From: an uncultured Gammaproteobacteria bacterium
Lineage (GTDB): Bacteria; Pseudomonadota; Gammaproteobacteria; CAWCPV01
NCBI GenBank assembly: GCA_963797555.1
Contig: CAWCPV010000007.1
Location: 1-64,000 of the forward strand
Direction of reading: 5' to 3'
DNA: 64,000 nucleotides
In this document: positions 22,444-31,370 of the stretch, in pieces
How positions within the stretch are numbered: position 1 is the stretch's first letter
Layout: each line of letters starts with the position of its first letter
Program-made: the position numbers and the translations under genes
The notes under the pieces: generated by a model
Told to the model about the DNA's origin: nothing
Database searches by the model: none
Seen by the model: only the letters and a program-made list of their open reading frames with translations

Positions 22444-23061
22444 ATGAAACACACATTCGGAAAACAAGCCAAGCGGGCCGGCATCGCGTTCGTGGCCGTG
22501 GCCGGCTTCACGGCGCTCGGGATCGGCATCGCGCAGGCCGCCCCGGCAACCCGACCTTTACCACCGCCGATATCAGCCTCAACAGCGTCGGGTTCCTCGA
22601 CAGCGCCTTCAAGGAGACCGGGCTCGCCCCCGGTGCGGCGGTCAACTACACCAGCGGCGCGACCGACGTGGGTTGGGTCACCAATGTTTCGTCAAAAATA
22701 AGCCGGTGAGCAACCTCTCCACAGCTCTGCATGTCGCCCACACCGCGGACGGCCTGATTACCACCCGCACGTACACGGCCACCGGGAGAGGGGTGATCAC
22801 CCATTCTATCCTGACCGCCTACCCCACAGCAGAAGAAGAGGTCGCGGACCCGCTCTGCCCTGAAACGGAAGGGGTGGTGATTACCGAAGAGGTTACCGCC
22901 ATCCGGTGGTGCAATGTCTCGCTGAAGGATACGACTACCCCTCTCGAGGGCGCTAAGGAGGATTACTGTTCCTGCAGCTCATAAGAAATGGCAGCAGCGC
23001 CGTGCCTGATTGCGCCACCTTGGCGACACTGCCAACTGATCTATTAGGAACAAAGCAGTAG
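22444..23061 (+). CDS. Secreted Cys-patterned protein, paralog 2 (about 3 frameshifts)
   Basis: MKHTFGKQAKRAGIA...AQA. Reconstructed AFKETGL...QCFVKNK...LCPE...IRWCNVSLKD...VPDCATLA. Confidence 0.65.
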
Positions 23062-23091
23062 GAACAATCCAGCCCTAGTCCCAGGCAGGGT

Positions 23092-23130
23092 GGGCACGCG
23101 CTTTTCGTGCCCCGGCGAAACCAGTTAATC
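23092..23130 (+). repeat. Intergenic hairpin repeat, copy 2
   Basis: GGGCACG-CGCTTTT-CGTGCCC stem-loop followed by CGGCGAAACCAGTTAA. Confidence 0.65.
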
Positions 23131-23176
23131 CATCAACATCAGGCCGGGCGCTGTGCTCAGCCTTAAGGAGAAAGAC

Positions 23177-23761
23177 ATGAAACAGATCCTCAAAAATCAA
23201 GCCAAGCGGACCGGCATCGCGCTCGGGGCGGCGGTCGCCCTCTCTGCGCTCGGGACCGGCACCGCGCAGGCCCAGCAATTTGTCAGCGCCGATATCAAGC
23301 TCGACAATGCTGGCAACCTGCAATGCAAATTCAGGGAGACGGGACTCGGCGCCCTTTCGCTGGTTACCTACGACTGCACCGCGGAGGGCGTCGGTGTGGT
23401 GACAGGATGCTTCGTAAAAAACAAGTTCGTGGGACCATTCTCGGTGTCCATCGTCAAGAATGTGACGACTGAAGAATCAGAACCGCTCCTTGCCAAAAAC
23501 AACGGGGCGATTGGCGCCACAATCACGGTGGAAGTGCCCGAAGGCGGCGGAGAAGCCCAGTGCGACGAAGCCGCGGGCGCGGAGCCCCATACCGTCGCCG
23601 TGCGGTGGTGCAACGCCCGCTGACGGATGTGACGAACGATATCGTGGGCGCCACGGCGGGTGTGTTGACCGACACGTCTCCTGAGAACTGGCGACCAGGT
23701 CGCCCCCATCCCGACCTGCACCGAAATTCTGGCAGCCCCGGGTGACGGAGGCGGAGACTAG
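23177..23761 (+). CDS. Secreted Cys-patterned protein, paralog 3 (about 2 frameshifts near the 3' end)
   Basis: AAGGAG RBS. MKQILKNQAKRTGIA...AQA, GNLQCKFRETGL...YDC...GCFVKNK...QC...VRWCN.LTDVTN...IPTCTEILA. Confidence 0.7.
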
Positions 23762-23772
23762 GCCGCTCGGGC

Positions 23773-23812
23773 GGGCACGCGCCTTTCGTGCCCCCAGCGC
23801 AACCGGTTAACC
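23773..23812 (+). repeat. Intergenic hairpin repeat, copy 3
   Basis: GGGCACG-CGCCTTT-CGTGCCC stem-loop followed by CCAGCGCAACCGGTTAA. Confidence 0.65.
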
Positions 23813-23850
23813 CAGCAAACATTTAGTCATTACGAGTTAGGAGAGTCAAC

Positions 23851-25388
23851 ATGAGAAGCTTGCACTTCAACCGCGCGTGCGTCGCAGGTGCTGTAGTAGC
23901 GGCGGTCAGTCTATCGGCGGGGGCCGCGCAGCCCGCGCCGACCTATACGATCACCAACATCCTCGTCCCGCCCGACCAGTACTCGGGCGAAGCGGACACC
24001 CAGTCGGCGGACGTCTATAAGCCGCACGAGACCGACTCCGCGTCCCCCACGCCCAGTTACTGGATCTCCAGCAACGAGCGCGGCGATGAGTCAGTGCCCC
24101 CCGGACAGGTAACTCAGTTCACCAACAAGGCCGGCATCACGATCTTCGAGTACGGCACCAACAAGGAGCTGTCGACGCTCAACATCGAGAAGGCCTGCAT
24201 CCCGGTGGTCCAACCCAACGGCACGCTGATGAAGCAGTTCGGCGGCTGCGCACCGCACGGGAGCCGAAGGCCATCCGCGCCATCCGCACGGCATCGACCT
24301 CGACGAAGCCAAGAAGCTCGCCTGGCAGGTGATCGAGCACTCCGGCCTGCAATGGAATCCGACCCGCACCGGCTTCGTGAAGGCGAAGAACACCGACCAA
24401 GAGTCCGGCATGCTGGTGAAATATGACATCAGCGATCTCGACCAACCCGAAGATCGTCGCGTGCCTACGTGACGGGTCATGCCACCGAGGAGGACGTGGT
24501 GAATCCCATCAACCACAAGGTCTACGCCGGCAACCACGAGCCGTCGGCGACCAACGTCCCGTGCTTCGTGTCCGTGATCGACGAGAGTACGCCGACGCAT
24601 CCCTACAAGTTCATCGACATGGCCGCCAACCAATGCGTGCAGGGTATCGAACGTCGACCCGGGGTTGGGCACGCAAGCACGGTGAATGGCACCACGCACT
24701 TCGGTGAGAAGATGTGGACCTTCGACAGCGCCACCGACACCTCCCTCTACTCGGTCAACATCCGCCGGCCGTTCGATGCGTTCATCGCCAGCCTGCCGCC
24801 AAGTCAGCAGTTCACGATTCCGACCGGCTGGATCATCCACATGCACGACCTCAACACCGACCGGGTGAATCATCGCGCGTATAATGCGATTCACACCATC
24901 GCCACGGTCGAGGAGGTTGCGCAAGAGGAGAGGAAGCAGGCGTCCCGGAGGTCGAAGGACCGGAGTACACCGGCCGTTGGGTAGCGGAGGTCGACACCAA
25001 TCCGGCTTCCCCCACCTTCAAGAAGGTCACCATCATCGATCTGTCCAACGGCCAGTCGGTGCCGGACTATCCGGACCATCATGACGCGGTCGCCTCGGGT
25101 CTGCCCTTCGACCAGCTCTTCATCCACGCGCACTTCCTGATGGCCGATCCGGCGCACCACTCGCTGCTCGTGAGTGGGGAGCACACCGGCAATCTCGCGG
25201 TCGTCAACACCGACACGATGAAGCTGCAGAACGTGCACTCGATCTCGCGTCTGATCCCGAACTGCACGCCGGATGAGCTCGAGCCGCACGTGCACGGCGT
25301 CAACATCCAGAGATCGACCGGCACGGCCTACATCAGCGACGAGGGCGAGCACTGCTTCTACGAATCGGTGACGATCCTGCAGCCGTAA
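23851..25388 (+). CDS. Secreted His-rich beta-propeller (YVTN/YncE-like), ~510 aa after joining several frameshifts
   Basis: Signal peptide. Blade-like segments HPHGIDLD, GHATEEDVVNP...KVYAGNHE, HMHDLNTD...RAY, HAHFLMAD...GEHTGNLAVVNTDT and HVHGVNIQRSTGTAYISDE. Confidence 0.65.
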
Positions 25389-25688
25389 AGCCGGTTGGAT
25401 GTTGTATTGTCTGTTAGGGTAATCGACCAGGCCGGGCGCTACACCCAGCCTGGTTGTCTTTCAAAGACGATCGCGCATGTTTCCACGCAGCCCAGATTCG
25501 TTGCAGAGACGGTGTCGCGTCCGGGAGCGATGGCTGGCGCTGGGTTTGGGATTGTCGCTGACGCTGATCGGTGCGGGGGATGGCGTGCGGGGCGCATCCC
25601 GATGATTCGGATGCGCCCGCCATGAATGAACCGTCGCCGACGCTGGTGACTACGCACGAGGCGAACGTGCTGCCGTCAGCATCGGCCG

Positions 25689-26249
25689 TTGGCGACACTC
25701 ACGGGCACGATACTCTCCGCCGTATCGACGAAGGCCCGAGCCATCATCGCCGATGTGCGCGGTCGCCAACGGGTATACGCGCGCGGGGATGAGATATCGG
25801 ACGTTGGGAAGCTCGTTGAAATCCATCCGGATCATGTGGTCTTGTTACGGCGCGATGGCCGCCTGGAGGCCCTCGGATTGTCGGGGAACCCATTGGCGCG
25901 CTCCATCCAGCGTGCCCCAGGGGCGAGTCAAAAAATTCCACCCGAAAATAATGACGAGGCTCTGCGCAACGCGGTGTTTACCCGCCCGGAGCTACTGCTC
26001 GAGCTGGCGGGAGCCACCGTGGTCGTCGAAGGCGGACACTTTCTCGGTTACCGTGTGATGAAGCCCGAGGACCCCGCGTTTCTCCAGTCCCTTGGCCTCG
26101 AGCCGGGCAACGTCCTGACCGAGGTTAACGGCGTGCCACTCGACACGACGTCGGACTACGGCGCCGAGGTGTTCGATGCCATGTCCGGAACGGGGAGGCT
26201 CACGTACACTGTCCGACGCGGAAGCCAGATACTGGCGTTGACCTATTGA
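25689..26249 (+). CDS. Type II secretion protein C-like (HR + PDZ); N-terminal TM not evident
   Basis: LTGTI...ARAII...QRVYARGDEI...LVEIHPDHVVL.R.G..E.L (GspC HR domain) and GYRV...GLEPG.VLTEVNGVPL (PDZ). Confidence 0.65.
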   Translation: MATLTGTILSAVSTKARAIIADVRGRQRVYARGDEISDVGKLVEIHPDHVVLLRRDGRLEALGLSGNPLARSIQRAPGASQKIPPENNDEALRNAVFTRPELLLELAGATVVVEGGHFLGYRVMKPEDPAFLQSLGLEPGNVLTEVNGVPLDTTSDYGAEVFDAMSGTGRLTYTVRRGSQILALTY

Positions 26250-26548
26250 TGGAGCGCAACGCCGGTCTTAACCGGCAACCCGATGGCATCTACCAGGCCA
26301 GCGCGGCGGCAGGGTGAACCTGAGCAAAACGGGCGTCAGCACCTCGCTGCGCAAGCCGGCAGTCACAATCAACATTCGTGGGGACCGGGTGCGAACGACG
26401 GTTGGCCTGCCGGGTACGGGTCTGAGCTGCACCGAGCCGCAGCGGGCGGCGGTGGCGCTGGGAAATGCGTACTATCGGTGATCTCTCGGTCGCGGTGTTG
26501 GCGGTGTTTGGCGCCTACGGCTGAATTTTCGTTTGCCTGCCAACGCAC

Positions 26549-26779
26549 ATGATGCCCGTCGTGATTCGCTCGCTCTTGACCTGCCCGCAGTGCGGGCATG
26601 CGTCCGAGGAAGTCATGCCGACCGATGCCTGCCTGTACTTGTATGAATGCGACCACTGCGAGACGCTGCTGCGCCCGAAGCCGGGCGACTGTTGCGTGTT
26701 CTGCTCCTACGGTTCGGTGAAATGCCCGCCCGTCCAACAGCACGGTGCGGACCGCGACACGCTCCTCGTGACTGGCTAG
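26549..26779 (+). CDS. GDCCVxC domain-containing protein
   Basis: TCPQCG...EVMPTDAC.Y.YECDHC..LLRPKPGDCCVFCSYGSVKCPP. Confidence 0.85.
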   Translation: MMPVVIRSLLTCPQCGHASEEVMPTDACLYLYECDHCETLLRPKPGDCCVFCSYGSVKCPPVQQHGADRDTLLVTG

Positions 26780-26851
26780 CACACCGGCAACCTGGGTGTG
26801 GTGGACACCGCGACGCGGACCATGGTGCAGGTCTTGTCGGTGTCGGTCCCC
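26750..26851 (+). pseudogene. Remnant of a second His-rich propeller paralog
   Basis: DRDTLLVTG*HTGNLGVVDTATRTMVQVLSVSVP aligns with AHHSLLVSGEHTGNLAVVNTDTMKLQNVHSISRLIP at ~25155-25260. Confidence 0.6.
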
Positions 26852-27029
26852 CACCACCGGCATGCGGCCCGGCGCCTGGCCGCGTTGCTCCGGGCGCTTC
26901 CCCGGCAGCCCGCAGCACCCGATCATCGGGCGTGCGGATGGGCGAAGCGGGAAATCGTTTACCACTCCCGGTGCCGTGCGATCGGAGCCCCCGAATGGGC
27001 TGGGCTATACCTCGCGGTATTTACCAGGC

Positions 27030-27758
27030 TCACGCCACCGTTTGCACTTCAGGTTCCAATCGCCTCCAGAGGCTGCCGCCGCTCACGCGGTCGATGACAT
27101 CGAGGCGCCTGCGGTGCGACATCAGCTCCTCGTCAGTGGCCTTCACCACGCGCAGTCTGGGCCGATCGGTGTCCACGCGGCGGATCTTGAGTACCTGTTC
27201 GCCGAATGCCCGGTGTTCGCGATCGAGAGACAGACTCGCCTGACCGCCCGTCATCGCCAGATACACATCCGCGAGAATCTCGGCGTCCAGCAACGCGCCG
27301 TGCAGCTCGCGCTGAGAGTTGTCGATGTTGTACCGCTTGCACAGGGCGTCCAGGCTGCAGCTCTGGCCGGGATGGAGCTGGCGGGCGAGCGTCAGAGTGT
27401 CCTGCACGGTGCAATGCTCCAGCACGTTGCCCCACTGGTGTCCCAGACGCTGCAGCTCCGCATCGAGGAAGCCCACGTCGAAGGGGGCGTTGTGGATGAT
27501 AAGCTCCGCGCCCTTCACGAACGCCAGCAACTCCTCCACGATCTCCAGGAAGCGCGGCTTGTCCGCCAGGAACTCGTCGGTGATTCCGTGCACCTCCACC
27601 GCAGCGGCATCGATCGCCCGCTCCGGCTGGAGGTACTGGTGATAACGGTTCTGGGTCGGCCTGCGGTCGACCAGCTCGACGCACCCGATCTCGATGATCC
27701 TGTGTCCTTGAGCCGGGTCGAGCCCGGTGGTCTCCGTATCCAGCACTACTTGGCGCAT
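27030..27758 (-). CDS. dnaQ: DNA polymerase III epsilon subunit
   Basis: VLDTETTG, IHNAPFDVGF, SLDALCKRY and HGALLDAEILADVYLAMTGGQ. Confidence 0.95.
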   Translation of the reverse strand: MRQVVLDTETTGLDPAQGHRIIEIGCVELVDRRPTQNRYHQYLQPERAIDAAAVEVHGITDEFLADKPRFLEIVEELLAFVKGAELIIHNAPFDVGFLDAELQRLGHQWGNVLEHCTVQDTLTLARQLHPGQSCSLDALCKRYNIDNSQRELHGALLDAEILADVYLAMTGGQASLSLDREHRAFGEQVLKIRRVDTDRPRLRVVKATDEELMSHRRRLDVIDRVSGGSLWRRLEPEVQTVA

Positions 27759-27768
27759 CTGCCCTCCT

Positions 27769-28770
27769 TCAATCGTCCATCACCAACACCAGCTTGCCTT
27801 GGACCGATCCGGATTCGATTGCCCGATGGGCAGCCGCCGCCTCCGGGAGCGCAAACGTGGCGCCGACGTGCACCCGCAGCCGGCCGTCATCGATCAGGCG
27901 AGCACACTGCTCCAAGATATCCGCCTGATGTATGCGGGCATCCTGCAAGCCGTACAACATGGGGCTGAGCATCAGCTCCTGGCTGATCCGGTGGTTGCGC
28001 AGCCGCGCCTCCTTCCAATCCGCCTCCCGCGGCAGCTCGAGCAGCGTCACGACGTCCCCGTAGAAGGCCACAGCCGCAAAGGTCCTCATCAGGACCTCGG
28101 ATCCGATCGTGTCCAGGGCGATGTCGACGCCGCGCCCGTCAGTCCACCGATTGACCGCCGCCACAAAGTCCTCGTCCCGGTAGGGGATAGCCAGGTCGGC
28201 CCCCAGCTCGGTCACGAACCGCACCTTCTCGGAGGTGCTTACCGTGGTGCAAACCTGGGCGCCCGCGATCTTCGCGAGCTGGATCGCAACGTGGCCGACA
28301 CCCCCCGCTCCCGCATGCACCAGCACTCGCTGTCCGCCGCGCGTCCTGGCCCGATCCTGGAGGCTCTCCCAGGCAGTGATCAAAACCAGCGGAGCGGCAG
28401 CGGCTTCAACGAAGGTGGATCGCACCGGTTTATGCGCGGCAAAGCGCTCGTCCAGCACTGCGTACTGGGCGTAATTGCCGGCATCGTCCCCGATGCCCCC
28501 ATTGCAGAAGTAAACCGCATCCCCTGCTTTGAACCGAGTCACGCCGGCCCCCACGTCCTCCACGATGCCGGAACCGTCACAACCGAGAATCGCCGGCAGC
28601 CGCTCCGGGTAGAAGGTGCCACGGCGCCGCAGCTTGGTGTCCACCGGATTCACCCCGGCCGCCTTCAAGCGCACCCGGATATCGCGCTCGGTGCGCAGCA
28701 CCGGTTCGGCCACGTCCCGCGCGACCAAGACCTCTGGAGCACCGGGCGCCGTCATCAAGACCGCCTTCAT
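27769..28770 (-). CDS. MDR-family (zinc-type ADH / quinone oxidoreductase-like) protein
   Basis: MKAVLM start; GVNPVDTK, ILGCDGSG, VHAGAGGVGH, GKLVL. Confidence 0.85.
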   Translation of the reverse strand: MKAVLMTAPGAPEVLVARDVAEPVLRTERDIRVRLKAAGVNPVDTKLRRRGTFYPERLPAILGCDGSGIVEDVGAGVTRFKAGDAVYFCNGGIGDDAGNYAQYAVLDERFAAHKPVRSTFVEAAAAPLVLITAWESLQDRARTRGGQRVLVHAGAGGVGHVAIQLAKIAGAQVCTTVSTSEKVRFVTELGADLAIPYRDEDFVAAVNRWTDGRGVDIALDTIGSEVLMRTFAAVAFYGDVVTLLELPREADWKEARLRNHRISQELMLSPMLYGLQDARIHQADILEQCARLIDDGRLRVHVGATFALPEAAAAHRAIESGSVQGKLVLVMDD

Positions 28771-28806
28771 CGACTTCCCCCCCCTCGCGTCTGCCGGGAC
28801 AGCTCC

Positions 28807-28953
28807 GAGCTTGTGAATAGCCCTGCCGCCCGTGTCCCGATAGCGGCGGTGCGCGACACTCACGCCTCGCCTAAATTTACTGGATAGGTCCCAGCGCTGC
28901 GCTCCGTGCACCTGGCTCTGGGTCCGCCCGCGACAAACTCTTCACAAGCGCTC
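28807..28953. repeat. MITE copy (degenerate)
   Basis: GAGCTTGTGAA...TTCACAAGCGCTC ends; interior (GTCCCGATAGC, CTCGCCTA, CGCTGCGCTCCG) shared with the copies at 40418 and 53679. Confidence 0.7.
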
Positions 28954-29199
28954 CGATCATCCAGAAGCTGCGGCAACGGGTCAATCCGGTCACGGCGACG
29001 CTCGCCTGCGGTACTCGACAACAGCACACGGTTGCTCAACGCCGGCCCGCATGCGGGAGAGGGGCGCGAGGGGGACCGAGCGCCTGCGGCGCATTTTTGC
29101 GGTACCGCTGCCGGGTTCGCCCCGGCCAACACCATTCGGCTGATCGGCCCCGGTCGTCGGATTATAATGGGCCGTAGACGGCCAAGCTTGGAGAGACCG

Positions 29200-29523
29200 A
29201 TGACCTACGTGGTGACCGAGAACTGCATCAAGTGCAAGTATACGGATTGCGTGGAGGTGTGTCCGGTCGATTGTTTCCACGAAGGTCCGAACTTCCTGGT
29301 CATCGATCCCGACGAGTGCATCGACTGCATGCTGTGTGAGCCGGAGTGCCCTGTCGAGGCGATATTCGCGGAAGATGATATCCCGGAAGGGCAGGAGAAG
29401 TTCCTCGAGCTCAACGCGGAGCTGGCGAAGGAGTGGCCGGTCCTCACGCAGAAAAAAGACGCCCCCCCCGACGCCGGGCAATGGGAGGGCATTCCGGGCA
29501 AGCTCAAGTATCTCGAAACGTAG
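29200..29523 (+). CDS. fdxA: Ferredoxin I (7Fe/8Fe FdxA type)
   Basis: [26 protein letters not shown]...[12 protein letters not shown]; GGAGAG RBS; TATAAT at 29163. Confidence 0.95.
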   Translation: MTYVVTENCIKCKYTDCVEVCPVDCFHEGPNFLVIDPDECIDCMLCEPECPVEAIFAEDDIPEGQEKFLELNAELAKEWPVLTQKKDAPPDAGQWEGIPGKLKYLET

Positions 29524-29683
29524 CTTTGAACCCACCCATCCCGTCGCCTCGAACAACGCGGTTCCCCCAAATTGCCGGCAGACCTCAGCCTCCTCGGGCA
29601 GGATCACGACCGCGTGCCCCACGCCGTGACGACTCAGCCCGGCTGGCTTGCGTGGAACACCTGACGGGTGCTGACCTGGACCC

Positions 29684-30169
29684 GTGGGACCGCGGCCGAC
29701 GCTCAGAGGGCTAGTTCAGGTCGCGGCCTTCGGCTTCGGCACGGGCCGGTGCCCGGTCGCTCCCGGGACCTGTGGCACCCTGGCCGCTGTTCCCCCCTAC
29801 TGGCTGTTGCTCCGGGACCTCCCGATCGCCTGGTATCTGAGCCTTACAGCCGCCCTGTTCCTCGCGGGCATCGGAATCTGTGGAGCGACCGCCCGCGCTC
29901 TCGGTGTGCACGATCACCCCGGCATCGTGTGGGACGAGATGGTGGGGCTCCTCATCACGCTTACCGGGGCGCCTCACGGCTGGCCGTGGGTGCTCCTGGG
30001 CGTCGTGGCGTTTCGCATCTTCGACATCGCCAAGCCGTGGCCCATCGGACTGGCCGACCGCACCGTCCGCGGCGGCCTGGGTATCATGTTGGACGATGCC
30101 CTCGCGGGACTCTTTGGGTGCGCTGTCGTGCAGGGGGTTGCCTGGATAGCCCTGGGTCGTGTCGCCTGA
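29684..30169 (+). CDS. pgpA: Phosphatidylglycerophosphatase A (start uncertain)
   Basis: FGFGTG..P.APGT.GT, HDHPGIVWDEMVG, FRIFDIAKPWPI, GGLGIMLDD. Confidence 0.9.
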   Translation: MGPRPTLRGLVQVAAFGFGTGRCPVAPGTCGTLAAVPPYWLLLRDLPIAWYLSLTAALFLAGIGICGATARALGVHDHPGIVWDEMVGLLITLTGAPHGWPWVLLGVVAFRIFDIAKPWPIGLADRTVRGGLGIMLDDALAGLFGCAVVQGVAWIALGRVA

Positions 30170-30173
30170 GCAC

Positions 30174-30638
30174 CTATAGCACACGCGCCAGCATCAAGGC
30201 GTCTTCGCGGCCCTGACGCGCCGGATAGTATCCCGTGCGCACACCCACCTCGCAGAAGCCCATGGTGCCATACAGGCCGATGGCCGGAGCATTCGAGACC
30301 CTGACCTCGAGGAACATGGTGTCCGCGCCCGCGCGCCGCGCGAAGTCCAGAAGGTGGCTCAAGAGCTTCCTGCCCAGGCCCCGGCCCTGCAGGTCGGGCC
30401 GCACGCACAGGTTGAGCACGTGCGCCTCGCCGGCGGCCACCGACATGACGCCGTAGGCATCTATGGTGCGCAACCGTTCGAGGACACGACACCAGTACCC
30501 GACCCGTAGGCAGTCTCGGAAGATCCCCTCGCTCCACGGAAACTCGTAGGCACTGTAGTCGATCGCGACGATCTCCTCGAGGTCGCGTTCAAGCATCGGA
30601 CGAAATCGTGCCGCGGCGAGGGGTGAGACGGCGCTCAC
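30174..30638 (-). CDS. rimI: Ribosomal-protein-alanine N-acetyltransferase
   Basis: YEFPWS..IF.DCL, EAHVLNLCV, QGRGLG, FLEVRVSN, YYPA..GREDA; GTGA overlap with the upstream gene. Confidence 0.9.
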   Translation of the reverse strand: MSAVSPLAAARFRPMLERDLEEIVAIDYSAYEFPWSEGIFRDCLRVGYWCRVLERLRTIDAYGVMSVAAGEAHVLNLCVRPDLQGRGLGRKLLSHLLDFARRAGADTMFLEVRVSNAPAIGLYGTMGFCEVGVRTGYYPARQGREDALMLARVL

Positions 30639-31351
30639 GCCAGCGCCCCCAGCGTGCGTCGGGCGAACAACAGGTCCTGCCATGCCTTGCGTTTGTCGGC
30701 CGGATTCCTCAGCAGGTAAGCCGGGTGATAGGTGACGACCACCGGGACCCTGGCCGGCCCGAAGTGAAACAGCCGTCCGCGCATGGCGCCCAAGCTCGCC
30801 TGGCTCTTCAGCAGATTCTGGGCCGACACGCGTCCCAGCGCCAGGATGAGCCCCGGCTGCACCAGATCGATCTGGTGCAGCAAGTAGGGCTCGCACGCCG
30901 CAGCCTCCTCGGGCAAAGGCTCACGGTTGTTGGGCGGCCGACACTTGACGATGTTCGCGATGTAAACGTCGGGCCGCCTCAGGCCGATGGCGAACAGCAT
31001 CTCGTTGAGGAGCTGGCCGGCCCTTCCCACGAAGGGCTCTCCCTGCCTGTCCTCGTCGGCTCCGGGCGCTTCTCCGATAAGCATCCAGGTGGCGCGGCGG
31101 TCGCCTACCCCGAACACGGTCTGCGTGCGGCCGCGCGCGAGCGCACAGCGAGTGCATCCGGCAACTTGGCGCTCCAGATCTTCCCACGCCAGTGGGTGCG
31201 GCTCTGCCGTCGGCGCCGACGCCGTTGGGGGGAAGTCCGGAGCGGGGGAGGCGATGTCGAGATCCGGCTTCGGAGCGGGCGCCCCGCGCCGCCGGACCCA
31301 AACCGGAATACCCATGGCAGCAAGATACCGAAGGCGCCCGTCCCGGTCCAT
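30635..31351 (-). CDS. Uracil-DNA glycosylase, family 4
   Basis: CTRC.L, GEAPGADED, PFVGRAG, NIVKCRPP.NR, TYHPAYLLR. Confidence 0.9.
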   Translation of the reverse strand: MDRDGRLRYLAAMGIPVWVRRRGAPAPKPDLDIASPAPDFPPTASAPTAEPHPLAWEDLERQVAGCTRCALARGRTQTVFGVGDRRATWMLIGEAPGADEDRQGEPFVGRAGQLLNEMLFAIGLRRPDVYIANIVKCRPPNNREPLPEEAAACEPYLLHQIDLVQPGLILALGRVSAQNLLKSQASLGAMRGRLFHFGPARVPVVVTYHPAYLLRNPADKRKAWQDLLFARRTLGALA

Positions 31352-31370
31352 CAGCGCGTTCGCAGAGACG

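Noticed and set aside
26777-26779. TAG read-through (pyrrolysine) extending the GDCCVxC protein
   Set aside because: The TAG aligns with GAG (Glu) of the propeller paralog, no pyl genes are visible, and homology decays within ~25 codons.
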